A DNA stretch of 64,000 nucleotides from Thermodesulfobacteriota bacterium (GCA_963675595.2 CAXXLZ010000001.1:992001-1056000), one strand, 5' to 3'. Shown: positions 40,673 through 51,242, counted from the first letter of the stretch. Notes: a model not told the origin generated them from the sequence alone. Numbers and translations: made by a program.

Positions 40673-43600
40673 TCACCACAGCTCCGCCCAGAACCCCTCA
40701 CCCCCCCCCCCCACAAACTCCGCCCGACTCCCCCGTGACCCCGGCACGATCTCCAAACGCGCTGGGATGCGCTCTTTCAGTTCCGACACGTGGGAGATGA
40801 CGCCCACCAGGCGGCCGCCGGTCTGCAGGTCCATCAAGGCCTGAAGGGCCAGGTCCAGGGATTCGGAGTCCAGGGTGCCGAATCCTTCGTCCACGAAAAT
40901 GGTGTTCAGGTGTATCCCCCCGGCATAGGACTGGACCGTGTCCGCCAGTCCCAAAGCCATGGACAAAGAGGCCAGGAAGCTTTCACCTCCGGACAGGGTG
41001 GCCACGGGGCGCGGCGTGCCCGTGTGCGCGTCGTACACCTGCAGGTCCAGGCCGGCGGAGGAGCGCTGGTCCCCTCGTTCCCGCACCCGATACAGGGTGT
41101 ACCGTCCGCGGCTCATGAGGTGCAGTCGGGTGGACGCGGAAATGAGCACGTCGTCCAAAAGGGCGCTCAACACGAAGCGATGAAAGGAAATTCCCCGGGG
41201 GTTCTTTCCGGAAACCAGTTCGGCCACCCGTCCCATGACCGCGTAGGAAGCGTCCAGGGTCTGCAACGCGTCGGCGCATTGCCGGAGTTCCAGGACCCAG
41301 GCCCTGACCTGCTTCAACGCTTCCCGAGCCGCGGCCTGTTCCCTGACCAGGGCGTCCTTGGCGGCCGTGATCTTTTCCAGGGCCTGCTGGAATTCGGAGA
41401 CTTTTAGGCGTTCCACGCCTTGAGCGGCCCGGCGCGCGCGCTCCGCCCGGTCCCGAGCGGCGATGAGGTCCGAATCGAACTTCCGAATCCGGGCTTCCAG
41501 GGAAGGGATGAGGGACACGTCGGCATGGGCCGCGTCGAATGCCGCCGGCTCGGCGAACCCTTCCTGATGCAGGCGCAGGAAGAACTCCTCTTGGGTGGTT
41601 CGCGCCCGTTCCTCGGCGCTGTGCGCGTTCCTTTCGGCGGATTCCAGGGCGGCCTTGCAGGAGGCTTCCTTGCGCAAGGCTTCCTGGAGCCGGTTTTCCG
41701 CCGTCTTGAGGGACCGTTCCAGGGACTCGGATTGTTTCCGCGCCGCTTCCAGGGCGTAATTCAGGTCGGCCGGGTTGCGCAGGTGCGGTGGAACCGCGGC
41801 GCTGCGTTCCTCTTCCACGGTGCGCGCCCGGTGCCATGCTTCCCGGCTTTTGGAAAAATCGGCCTCTGCCGCGGAGACTTGTTGCGCCAGTTCTTCCTTG
41901 CGGCGGGACAGGGCTTCCAGTTCCTGTTGCAGGCGTTCCTGTTGCCGAAGGGACGATTCGGCGGCCTTCAACGCGTTGTTGCGGGTCTTTTCCTCGGCGC
42001 GGAACGCGGCTTCCGTCCATTCCGCGCGGTCGCCCAGGGCTTGGAGGTGGTTCGCATAGGTGCTTTCCGCCGCCGACCCTTGAACCTGCAAAGCGCTCAG
42101 TTGTTCCCGCAGTTCGTCCCGTTGTTGTTCCAGTTTGCGCAGGTTCCGGCGATGGGTCTTGAGGTCCCCTTCCTTGGGAAGGGAAGCTTCCGACACGGCC
42201 GGGGCGGGATGGTCCGTGGAGCCGCACACGGGGCAGGGCGCGCCGGGTAGGAGGCCTTGGGCCAGCACCGCGGCCTGGCCCTGAATCCACGCGGATTCCA
42301 GGGCCTCTCCTTTGGCGGATCCGAGGGTAATGCGTTCGGTAAGAGCGGTGAGGTCCCGCTCCCCGGCTTGGACTTCGGATTGAAGCCGGTCCCGTTCGGC
42401 TCGGGCGCGGGTGAGTTCCCGGTGGTGTTTCAGGTCTTCCGAGGCCCGCCGCGCCTCCAGACGAAAGGCGTCCAGGCGGAGAGCCAGGTTTTCCGCCTCC
42501 TTCAACCGTTCGGACTTTTGCAGCCTTTCCGATTCCAGGCCGGCCGCGGATTCCTTCAATGCCTCCCAAGCGGATTGTCGGGCATGCAGGCCCTGTTCCA
42601 GGGTTTGCCGGTCTTTCTTCGCGGCTTCCAGGTCGGCGCACTTCTTTCCGGTTTCCCGCAGTTGCAGGAGGGCCTCCCGAGCCCGCTCCCGGTCTTGGCC
42701 CCGTGCGTCCTCCTCTTGAAAAGCGGCTTGAGCCCCGGTGCGGCGGGTTTCCGCCTCATGCAACGCTTTTTGAGCGGCCGTGAGAGCCTTGCGCGCGAGA
42801 TCGAATTCGGCGACGCGCTGTTCCGCGGACTTTCGGATGTCCGACAGGTTCCGGGCCTTGTTCGCTCTTTCCAGGCGTGTTCGGGCGTGGTCGATTTCTT
42901 CCTTGGCGTCTTCGACGCGGCGGAGCAGGGTTTCGGAAGATTCAAGTTCTTCATGAACTTGTTGGGATAACTTGGCTTGCCATAATTCCTTTTCCGCTTT
43001 GGACATATTCGCGGCGGTTTCGTCCAGTCGGGATTCCAGGGATTCCAGTCGGGTCCCTAGAGCTGCTTCCCGTTGCCGCACGGCTTCCTCGTTTTCCGCC
43101 TCGGCCTGGCGGAGCACCACCTGTTTTCGGGTGGTCTGTTCCCGCACCTTTTCCGCCAGGGACCGTTCGGCCCGCTTCACGGATTCTTCGATGCGGCGGT
43201 AGAATTCCGTGCGGAAGAGCACTTCCAGGATGTCCTGACGCTCCCTCGAGTCCGCCAGGAGGAGGCGCATGAATTCGCCCTGGGGGAGCATGACCACCTG
43301 CCGGAACTGGTCGCTCCGGAACCCGAGCAGTTGTTCCACTTCCGCCGTGGCCTGGGACCATTGGGCCGCGAGGACTTCTTCCGTCGTCCCGTTTTCCGGG
43401 TCCGCCAGGCGGCGGAGTTCGGCCTTGGGCCGTTCTTTGGTCCATCCCTCGCCCCGCAGTTTGGGTCGAGCCTGTTCGGGACTGCGGGTGATGCGGAAGG
43501 TCTTTTGGCCGATGGCGAATTCAAAGGAGACTTCAGTGGGCAAGGCCGGGTCGGCCAGGTGGCTGCGCAGGTGTTGGGGGGGCCTCTGGGAGCCCGAGGC

Positions 43601-43765
43601 TTCGCCGTAGAGGGCGAAACAAAGGGCGTCCAGCACGGTGGTCTTGCCGGCGCCGGTGGGGCCGTGGATGAGGAAGAAGTTCCTTCCCGCCAAGCGTCCG
43701 AAGTCCAGTTCCTGCGTGCCGGCAAAGGGACCGAAGGCCTGAATGCGAAGGCGAAGAGGCTTCAT
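40673..43765 (-). CDS. sbcC: SbcC (SMC/Rad50-like) ATPase
   Basis: GPTGAGKT, central CPVCGS hook, LSGGE, FVDEGFGTLD, ISH. Confidence 0.95.
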   Translation of the reverse strand: MKPLRLRIQAFGPFAGTQELDFGRLAGRNFFLIHGPTGAGKTTVLDALCFALYGEASGSQRPPQHLRSHLADPALPTEVSFEFAIGQKTFRITRSPEQARPKLRGEGWTKERPKAELRRLADPENGTTEEVLAAQWSQATAEVEQLLGFRSDQFRQVVMLPQGEFMRLLLADSRERQDILEVLFRTEFYRRIEESVKRAERSLAEKVREQTTRKQVVLRQAEAENEEAVRQREAALGTRLESLESRLDETAANMSKAEKELWQAKLSQQVHEELESSETLLRRVEDAKEEIDHARTRLERANKARNLSDIRKSAEQRVAEFDLARKALTAAQKALHEAETRRTGAQAAFQEEDARGQDRERAREALLQLRETGKKCADLEAAKKDRQTLEQGLHARQSAWEALKESAAGLESERLQKSERLKEAENLALRLDAFRLEARRASEDLKHHRELTRARAERDRLQSEVQAGERDLTALTERITLGSAKGEALESAWIQGQAAVLAQGLLPGAPCPVCGSTDHPAPAVSEASLPKEGDLKTHRRNLRKLEQQRDELREQLSALQVQGSAAESTYANHLQALGDRAEWTEAAFRAEEKTRNNALKAAESSLRQQERLQQELEALSRRKEELAQQVSAAEADFSKSREAWHRARTVEEERSAAVPPHLRNPADLNYALEAARKQSESLERSLKTAENRLQEALRKEASCKAALESAERNAHSAEERARTTQEEFFLRLHQEGFAEPAAFDAAHADVSLIPSLEARIRKFDSDLIAARDRAERARRAAQGVERLKVSEFQQALEKITAAKDALVREQAAAREALKQVRAWVLELRQCADALQTLDASYAVMGRVAELVSGKNPRGISFHRFVLSALLDDVLISASTRLHLMSRGRYTLYRVRERGDQRSSAGLDLQVYDAHTGTPRPVATLSGGESFLASLSMALGLADTVQSYAGGIHLNTIFVDEGFGTLDSESLDLALQALMDLQTGGRLVGVISHVSELKERIPARLEIVPGSRGSRAEFVGGGGEGFWAELW

Positions 43766-44913
43766 GACGCGGCCTCCCGTTGGTCCCTGCGCAGGTCTTC
43801 CACCACGGAAGCGAAGGCGGCTTCTTCCTCCGTGGAGGGCGCGGACCCCGTGACGTTTTCCACGAAGTCGCGGAAGAGGTGCGCCTCGTTGCGGTGCCGC
43901 AAATCCGGCGTGCCCGAGGGCGCGGAACCGTTATGGAGCAGGGCCGGGCGTTCGATGTGCAGGGCGTTGGGATAGACTTCGCGAATGCGGCCCATGGGAT
44001 CGAGAATGGCTCCCTGGTCCGTGAGCACGATCATGAGATAGTCGTCGGGGTTTTCCCCCGGTTGCGGCCCCCGGAGGACGTCTTTGAATTCGCCTTTGAG
44101 GATTCTCACGTCCCTCCGGCATCCGAGTTGCACGGGTTCCACGGTGCACGCTCCCGAGGGCCCCATTTCCATTAGGGTGACGCTTTTTTCGACTTCCGCC
44201 TCGGAAAAGGAGTATTTCATGAGCGAGCCGGCGTAGCGAATCGTACGCGTCACGTTCTGGGGCTGGTGCAGATGCCCCAGGGCCGTATAGTGAAACGGCT
44301 CGAACAGGGCGGCGTTCACCGAGCCCACGCCTCCGATGCACAGGGGCCGCTCGGATTCGGACTCCAGGCCCCCGGCCGTGAGGGCGTGGGCCGCGATGAT
44401 CCGGCGTCCGGCGTCGGGTTCCCGCGTCAGGATTCGTTGAATGCGGGCCCGCACGGCGCTTTCGTGATCCGTAATGGAGTCGTCCCCCAGGCGCACCGCG
44501 GCCACGGACGGTTCCGCGTAGGCCAAACCATAGATACGCACCGGCCCGTACGCGTCTTCCAGAATCAGGGGGGAAACGTCGTGGTGCGGGAAGGAACGCA
44601 GGTGCAGGCCCTGGGGGGTGAGCAGCCGCGAGGCGAATCCCAGGCGCTGGGGGCTGTCGTGATTCCCGGAAATCATGAGCACCGGGATTTTCAGATCGAG
44701 CACGACGCGCGCCAGCACGTCGCCCAGGAGTTCCACCGCGTCGGGGGGCGGCACGGCGCGGTCGTACACGTCGCCGGACAGGATCAGGACGTCCGGAGTA
44801 CAATCCCGGAGCAAGGCGATGAGTTCATCCAAAACCCGGGCCTGGTCCTCCGTGAGGTGGACTCCGTAGAACAGTCTTCCCAGGTGCCAATCGGCCGTGT
44901 GAATGATGCGCAT
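43762..44913 (-). CDS. sbcD: SbcD nuclease
   Basis: HTADWHLG, SGDVYD, GNHDS, ALGHLH, YSFSE. Confidence 0.95.
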   Translation of the reverse strand: MRIIHTADWHLGRLFYGVHLTEDQARVLDELIALLRDCTPDVLILSGDVYDRAVPPPDAVELLGDVLARVVLDLKIPVLMISGNHDSPQRLGFASRLLTPQGLHLRSFPHHDVSPLILEDAYGPVRIYGLAYAEPSVAAVRLGDDSITDHESAVRARIQRILTREPDAGRRIIAAHALTAGGLESESERPLCIGGVGSVNAALFEPFHYTALGHLHQPQNVTRTIRYAGSLMKYSFSEAEVEKSVTLMEMGPSGACTVEPVQLGCRRDVRILKGEFKDVLRGPQPGENPDDYLMIVLTDQGAILDPMGRIREVYPNALHIERPALLHNGSAPSGTPDLRHRNEAHLFRDFVENVTGSAPSTEEEAAFASVVEDLRRDQREAAS

Positions 44914-44939
44914 GGGTTGAAATCCGGGTAATGATTCAC

Positions 44940-45544
44940 GGGGGGGAACTTTTCCGAAAGTCCCCCCCGTGACCCCCTCTCAAAAGGTTCTGAGCGGGCC
45001 TCACCGCCTGCGGCGGAGAGGCTGAGGGAGAAACGGGTTCCCTCACGAATCTCGAAACCGGTTGTCAACGTTTTCTTGGTAATCCTTCACGGGAGGAACT
45101 CGTCTGTTGCAGGGGCGGGCCACAGTGCCTGCCCAAAAGGCGGCCGAAGGCCCACCTTGCCACGGACCTCCCGGGGCGAAACCAACCACCCTGTGAACGT
45201 GCGCTTTTCTTTTATTTTAACCCCAATGAAGCGAGCAAAGGAACGATCCGTGAGCTTTCACGTGGTTCCCACCCGGAGACGCTCCGCCCCGAAAGGGACG
45301 GAGCCGAACCGGTGGGCTTATTTCCCATTCGGAACATTCGGACTGCTTTTGAAGCTATTATGAGGAAGACCGGGGTCGGGTCAAGGGGTGTTCCGATTGG
45401 TAAGCGTTCACGGGGTCAAGCTCGAACCATCCCGTGAATGGACGCCCCGTTTTCATGCCGGCCTCTCCGCCGGAGGCGGTGAGGCCCGCTTGAGGGGTTT
45501 TGAGGAGAGGCGCGGGGGGGAACTTTTTCAAAAGTTCTCCCCCG
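44940..45544. repeat. REPIN/MITE-like element with ~85-bp terminal inverted A-B modules
   Basis: 44940-45027 is an imperfect inverted copy of 45460-45544; internal GCAGGGGCGGGCCACAGTGCCTGCCC at 45109. Confidence 0.7.
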
Positions 45545-45699
45545 CTAATGATGACTAAATGAGGGTGTCGCGGCGTCAAGTCCGAGCGGTCCGGCGGCGT
45601 CCGGGCCGAGGGGCTGGAAGTTGACTTGAAACGGGTACATGGGATATGGTTCCGCCATTCATCTCAGGCCGACCGGAGTCGATAGGGGGAGCGGAATCC

Positions 45700-47745
45700 A
45701 TGGGGGGAGGATCGCGAAGAGGACTGCTGTGGGGCGTGTTCATTCTATTGATTGTCCTCGCGGCGCCGGGCGTATCCGCCGAGAAGAAGGGTTCCGGGTC
45801 CGAGCCCCCGCAGGTGGCCATGGATTTCGATGAAGTGGATATCCGGCTCTTCATCAAGTTCATCAGCACGCTCACGGGCAAGAATTTCGTTCTGGACAAG
45901 GCCGTCAAAGGCACCATCAACGTGGTGTCGCCTTCCAAGGTCACTCCCGCCGAGGCCTACCGCGTCTTCGAATCCGTGTTGGAAGTTTACGGGTTCACGT
46001 CCATCCCTTCGGGAGACATCATCAAGATCGTTCCTCTCCGGGAAGCCAAGGACCGGGGGGTGCAGACCATTACCGGCGGTGAGACCATTCGGGACGGCTC
46101 CCGCGACAGCATGGTCACTCAGCTCATTACCCTCAAGTATGCCGACGTGGAGTACATCGAGTCGATTCTCACTCCCCTGGTTTCCAAGACCAGCGTGATC
46201 AACTCCGATCCCAAGTCCAACACCCTCATCGTCACGGACGTGCAATCCAACATTCGAAGGTTGCTCAGGATCATCCGTGAAATCGACATCCCGGGCGTGG
46301 AAAACCAGCTCACCTTGATGGAGTTGCAGCACGCGTCCGCCAAGGAACTCTCCGAGAAGATTCTCTCGCTCATGGAACAGGAGAACGCCACCCGGAAAAC
46401 GACCCGCCGCGGCGGCGACTCCGAAAAGGTGCTCAAGGTCATTCCGGTGGAGCGCATCAACGCTTTGGTGGTGTTGGCCGGACGCGATGATACCCTCGAG
46501 GTGCGCAACCTGGTTTCCATGCTCGATCGTCCCACGCCTGCCGGCAGGGACAACATCCATGTGTATTACCTGAAAAACGCCGTGGCCGAGGATCTGGCCG
46601 CCGTGTTGACTCAGGTTCGGGACGATCAGAACAAGGCGGCGGAAGCGGGCAAGGGTATGCCCACCATTTCCGCGGACGTGGTCATCAGTCCCGACGCGGC
46701 CACCAACGCGCTGGTGGTGAGAAGCACGCCGCAGGAATTCAATGAGCTGGTGAAGATCATTCAGAAGCTGGATATCGAACGCGCCATGGTTTACGTGGAA
46801 GGCCTGATCATGGAGGTGAACACCACCAAGGCCCTGCGTTTGGGAGTGGAGTGGCACGCCGGCAACGATTTCGACAACCAGAACGCCTTTTGGTTCGGCG
46901 GGTCCACCGGGGGAAGCTCGGGGGTGCTCGGTTCGGTGCTCACGGGTCTTCAGGCGGATACGGCGACCTTCTCCCTGCCCGGAGGATTGGCCCTGGGAGT
47001 CATCGGTCAGACCCTTTCCTATGCGGGGATCACCTTTCCCTCCTACTCGGCGCTGATCAACGCGGTGAAATCGGATCAAGACTTCAACATCCTGTCCACG
47101 CCTCAGATCTTGACCACGGACAATGTGGAAGCCGAGGTCGTAGTGGCGGACAACATCCCGTACCAAACCCGGCTCGATCAGGGCACCGACATTACTTCCA
47201 GGGCCATCAGCACCTTCGAATACAAGGACGTGGGTGTGACGCTCAAGGTGACGCCTCAGATCAACCATGACCGGTTCGTGCGCATGAAGATCGAGCAGGA
47301 GGTCAAGAATATCATCCGTGAATCCACCACGGATTCTCAGGGCAACGTGATTCTCGCGCCGGTGACCAATGTCCGCTCGACCAAGACCACGGTGGTGGTT
47401 CGTGACGGGGAAACCGTGGTGATGGGGGGGCTCGTCCAGGACATCGAGCGCGTCGAAGAGTCGCGCGTGCCGTGTCTCGGCAATATTCCCGGCGTGGGCT
47501 GGCTCTTCAAGACCAGTTCCCAGCGCAAGGAGAAGGTGACGCTGCTGGTGTTCCTGACGCCGAGGATCATCGAGTCCACCGAAGAGGCTCGCCGAATTTA
47601 CGATGAAAAACATGGACGGATGCAGGAGGCGGTGAAGGGGCAAAAAGCGTTCCTGAACCCCGATTCGGACGAAGAATCGGCTGAAAGCGATCTTCCGGCT
47701 CCATCATCGCCTTCCACCGAGGCTCCGCCGGAGACGGCCGAATGA
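45700..47745 (+). CDS. gspD: T2SS secretin
   Basis: DIRLFIKFIS..GKNF, N domains, LDIERAMVYVE, LSTPQILT, DVGVTLKVTPQIN, VPCLGNIPGVGWLF. Confidence 0.93.
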   Translation: MGGGSRRGLLWGVFILLIVLAAPGVSAEKKGSGSEPPQVAMDFDEVDIRLFIKFISTLTGKNFVLDKAVKGTINVVSPSKVTPAEAYRVFESVLEVYGFTSIPSGDIIKIVPLREAKDRGVQTITGGETIRDGSRDSMVTQLITLKYADVEYIESILTPLVSKTSVINSDPKSNTLIVTDVQSNIRRLLRIIREIDIPGVENQLTLMELQHASAKELSEKILSLMEQENATRKTTRRGGDSEKVLKVIPVERINALVVLAGRDDTLEVRNLVSMLDRPTPAGRDNIHVYYLKNAVAEDLAAVLTQVRDDQNKAAEAGKGMPTISADVVISPDAATNALVVRSTPQEFNELVKIIQKLDIERAMVYVEGLIMEVNTTKALRLGVEWHAGNDFDNQNAFWFGGSTGGSSGVLGSVLTGLQADTATFSLPGGLALGVIGQTLSYAGITFPSYSALINAVKSDQDFNILSTPQILTTDNVEAEVVVADNIPYQTRLDQGTDITSRAISTFEYKDVGVTLKVTPQINHDRFVRMKIEQEVKNIIRESTTDSQGNVILAPVTNVRSTKTTVVVRDGETVVMGGLVQDIERVEESRVPCLGNIPGVGWLFKTSSQRKEKVTLLVFLTPRIIESTEEARRIYDEKHGRMQEAVKGQKAFLNPDSDEESAESDLPAPSSPSTEAPPETAE

Positions 47746-47861
47746 TCGGTTGTTCCCCCGCCCGGGACGGCCGGACCCGGTCTTGGGTATGGCCTCGGGA
47801 ACATGATCGCGCATCCGCTGCGCTCCGTTTTCCAACTTTCCCTTCTTCGACTTGAGTTCCC

Positions 47862-49535
47862 ATGAATCCGGACGTACGTGACCATCTGCTTCGCCTCACT
47901 TCCCTCGACCCGGAAACGGTGGACGCCATTTTGGAAGAAGAGGGGAGCCTGGCCGAGCTGCTGGTCCGGAAGGGCGGGCTCCCCGAAGACACCGTGTTGA
48001 AGGTGCTCGGCTCCCTTTGGGGTCTTACGGTGGTTCCGGAACCGGAGAGTACGGTCGCGAGAACCGATCTGTCGGAAATTTCTCTGCCCTTTCTCAAGAA
48101 ACACCATATCGCGCCGCTCGCGGTTCAGGACACGACACTTCACGTGGCCGTTTCCGATCCGGAAAGCCTCACGGCCGCGGAAGACCTCGGCCATCTGCTC
48201 CACTGCCGGGACATCCGGGTGGTGCTCAGTCCCCAACGGGAAGTCCTCAAGGTCATTCACGGCCTGATGCACCAGGACGAGGAGTCCACGCGGCAACTCA
48301 TCGAAGATTTGGGAGAGGAAAGCGAGGAAAGCCGGATTCTGCAGGAACTGGGGCAGGTGGAGGATTTGCTGGACTCCACCAGCGAGGCTCCGGTCATCCG
48401 CCTCGTCAACATGATTTTCACTCAGGCCGTGAAGAACCGGGCCAGCGACGTGCATATCGAACCCTACCAGGCCGATACGCAGGTCCGGTACCGCATCGAC
48501 GGCGTGTTGTACGAGTACCTGACGGTGCAACGGCGGCTGCATGCCTCCATTGTCAGCCGCATCAAGGTGCTGGCCGATCTGAACATCGCCGAGAAGCGTC
48601 TTCCCCAGGACGGAAGAATTCAGATTAAGATGGGGGACCGCGACATCGACATCCGCGTGTCGATCATCCCCACCATGTTCGGCGAGCGGGTCGTGTTGAG
48701 ACTCCTGGACAAGCAGAGCGGCTTCATGAAGCTGCAGGACCTGGGCTTTTCCCCGGACGCCTACGAGAGCTTCGAGCGGCTCATCCGCAAGGCCCACGGA
48801 ATCATTTTGGTCACCGGTCCCACGGGAAGCGGAAAGACCACCACCCTGTACGGCGCGTTGAGCCGGATCAATTCCCGTGATAAGAACATCATCACCGTGG
48901 AGGACCCCATCGAGTATCAGTTGAACGGGGTGGGGCAGATCCAGGTGGCTCCCAAGATCGGATTGACCTTTGCGTCCGGACTGCGCTCGATTCTGCGCCA
49001 TGACCCGGACGTGATCATGATCGGTGAGATCCGCGATATCGAAACCGCGGAAATCTCCATCCAGGCTTCACTCACCGGCCATCTGGTGTTCAGCACGCTG
49101 CACACCAACGACTCGGCCGGAGCCATGACCCGTCTGACCGACATGGGGCTGGAGCCTTTCTTGATCACTTCGAGCGTGCTCGGGGTGATGGCCCAGAGGC
49201 TGGTGCGGACCATCTGTCCCAAGTGCCGGACCGTGGACGAACCTTCTCCCGAGTTGCTCGGCGAGTTGGGCATCGAGGAGCGGGGAGTGCAGCTTTACCG
49301 CGGCGCGGGTTGCGATCATTGCTTCAACTCGGGCTATCGGGGCCGTACGAGCATCAACGAGATTCTTGTGATGGACGGCGACATTCGACGGCTGGTGCTG
49401 CGGTCCGCGGATGCGTCCGAAATCAAGGAAGCGGCCGTGTCCAAGGGCATGGTCACCCTTCGTGGAGACGGGATTCGCAAGGCGTTGGCCGGCTTCACCA
49501 CGGTGGAAGAGGTTCTGCGCGTGACCCAGGATTGA
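47862..49535 (+). CDS. gspE: T2SS ATPase
   Basis: ASDVHIEP, RLPQDG, GPTGSGKTTTLY, EDPIE, LRHDPD, CxxC pairs. Confidence 0.95.
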   Translation: MNPDVRDHLLRLTSLDPETVDAILEEEGSLAELLVRKGGLPEDTVLKVLGSLWGLTVVPEPESTVARTDLSEISLPFLKKHHIAPLAVQDTTLHVAVSDPESLTAAEDLGHLLHCRDIRVVLSPQREVLKVIHGLMHQDEESTRQLIEDLGEESEESRILQELGQVEDLLDSTSEAPVIRLVNMIFTQAVKNRASDVHIEPYQADTQVRYRIDGVLYEYLTVQRRLHASIVSRIKVLADLNIAEKRLPQDGRIQIKMGDRDIDIRVSIIPTMFGERVVLRLLDKQSGFMKLQDLGFSPDAYESFERLIRKAHGIILVTGPTGSGKTTTLYGALSRINSRDKNIITVEDPIEYQLNGVGQIQVAPKIGLTFASGLRSILRHDPDVIMIGEIRDIETAEISIQASLTGHLVFSTLHTNDSAGAMTRLTDMGLEPFLITSSVLGVMAQRLVRTICPKCRTVDEPSPELLGELGIEERGVQLYRGAGCDHCFNSGYRGRTSINEILVMDGDIRRLVLRSADASEIKEAAVSKGMVTLRGDGIRKALAGFTTVEEVLRVTQD

Positions 49536-49539
49536 TGCC

Positions 49540-50754
49540 ATGGCCCCGGTTTATGAATATGACGCCATAGAAGGCTCGGGCAGGCGTTTGAAGGGCATGG
49601 TGGACGCCGACGGCCCTTCCGCGGCCCGGTCCAAGCTCCGCGCCAAGGGGCTGAGGCCCGTGGGCCTTGTCCAGGTCGCGGAGAAGCGGTCCGGCAAAAG
49701 AGCATCGAGGTTTGTGGGGCGCATCGCCTCTCGGGAACTGGCCGTGATCCTGCGCCGGTTCTCCACGCTGCTGGAATCGGGTCTGCCTCTCGTGGAATGC
49801 ATTGAGGCGATCCTCGAGCAAGCGGATAAACCCTCCCTGCAGCGGGTTTTCCGGCAGGTGCGGGAACGGGTGCTGGAAGGCAAGGCGCTCTGGCAGGCTC
49901 TTTCCGAGCACCCCAAGGTGTTCAACGACCTGGTGGTGAACATGGTCCGGGCCGGCGAGGAGAGCGGCAGTCTCGACGTGGTGCTGGTACGGCTCGCGGA
50001 CCTGATGGAAGCGAGATCGGAGCTTCAGAGCAAGGTCCGGGGCGCGTTGGCCTACCCGATTTTCATGTTCGTCGTGGGGTCCGGCGTCCTCTTTTTTCTG
50101 GTGACCTTTGTCATTCCTCAGATCAGCGACCTGTTCCGCGAGACCGGGCAGCGGCTGCCATTCGTCACGTTGTTGTTGATCGGAGCGAGTTCGGCGGCCC
50201 GGAAGTTCTGGTGGATCGGCCTGTTGGTCTTGGCCGGAGGCATTTTTTTGTGGGGTCGCTACACCGGGACACCCAACGGCCAACGGTTTCAGGGGAGGCT
50301 GATTCTGAGGCTTCCCGTGGTGGGTTCCCTGGAGACCCGGCTCATGACGGCCCGTTTCGCCCGAACGTTGGGGTCTCTGCTGTTGAGCGGCATGCCGCTT
50401 CTGAACGCCCTGCGCGTGGCCCGCACCGTGGTGCGGAATCCCGTGATCGCGGACGCCGTGGCGGAAGTGGAAACGCGAGTGGGCGAAGGCGCTTCATTGA
50501 GCGAACCCATGCGCGGCACGGGGGTGTTTCCGTCCATGGCGCTGCACATGATTCATTCGGGTGAGCGGAGCGGCAGGCTGGAATCCATGATGATCAAGGT
50601 GGCGGACGCCTACGAGAAGGAGGTTACCGCGTCGTTGGCCCTGATGATGTCCTTGTTGGAACCCATTATGATTCTGGTTATGGGGCTCGCAGTGGGCTTC
50701 ATTGTGGTGGCGGTGCTGCTGCCGATTTTTGAAATGTCCCAGGGAATCCGATAG
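49540..50754 (+). CDS. gspF: T2SS inner-membrane platform protein
   Basis: SGLPL, AGEESG, ALAYP, GERSG, LLEP. Confidence 0.93.
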   Translation: MAPVYEYDAIEGSGRRLKGMVDADGPSAARSKLRAKGLRPVGLVQVAEKRSGKRASRFVGRIASRELAVILRRFSTLLESGLPLVECIEAILEQADKPSLQRVFRQVRERVLEGKALWQALSEHPKVFNDLVVNMVRAGEESGSLDVVLVRLADLMEARSELQSKVRGALAYPIFMFVVGSGVLFFLVTFVIPQISDLFRETGQRLPFVTLLLIGASSAARKFWWIGLLVLAGGIFLWGRYTGTPNGQRFQGRLILRLPVVGSLETRLMTARFARTLGSLLLSGMPLLNALRVARTVVRNPVIADAVAEVETRVGEGASLSEPMRGTGVFPSMALHMIHSGERSGRLESMMIKVADAYEKEVTASLALMMSLLEPIMILVMGLAVGFIVVAVLLPIFEMSQGIR

Positions 50755-50786
50755 TTGAGCGGGTTTACGGGATGGGGGGAACGTAC

Positions 50787-51242
50787 ATGATGTTGGAAAA
50801 TTCCGACCGGCGTCGCGCCGGTTTCACATTGATCGAACTGCTCGTGGTGGTCATCATCCTGGGTGTGTTGGCCGGTCTGATCATTCCCAGGATTATGGGG
50901 CGCCCCGAAGAGGCCCGGCGCACCAAGGCGAAGTTGCAGATCGAAAGCATAGAGAACGCGCTCAAGCTGTTCTATCTGGATAACGGGTTCTATCCCACCA
51001 CGGAGCAGGGTCTTTCCGCCCTCGTGGACAAGCCCGAAACCGGCGTCAAGATCGTCAAGTGGCGCGATGGGGGATACCTCGAGAAAGGCAGAATTCCCAA
51101 GGACCCCTGGGGGTATGATTTTCGCTACCTGAGCCCCGGCGTGCACAACCGCGACTATGACCTTTGGTCCCCCGGACCGGACGGAGAAGATGGGGGGGAC
51201 GACCGAAACCGCGACGTAACGAATTGGGATGAAGATATCTAA
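50787..51242 (+). CDS. gspG: T2SS major pseudopilin
   Basis: GFTLIE, DNGFYPTTEQGL, PKDPWG, GPDG. Confidence 0.93.
   Translation: MMLENSDRRRAGFTLIELLVVVIILGVLAGLIIPRIMGRPEEARRTKAKLQIESIENALKLFYLDNGFYPTTEQGLSALVDKPETGVKIVKWRDGGYLEKGRIPKDPWGYDFRYLSPGVHNRDYDLWSPGPDGEDGGDDRNRDVTNWDEDI

Noticed and set aside
45745-49001. Long antisense ORFs (632 and 467 aa; also 20211..21971 and 14253..15422)
   Set aside because: Shadow frames of high-GC genes with no recognisable motifs
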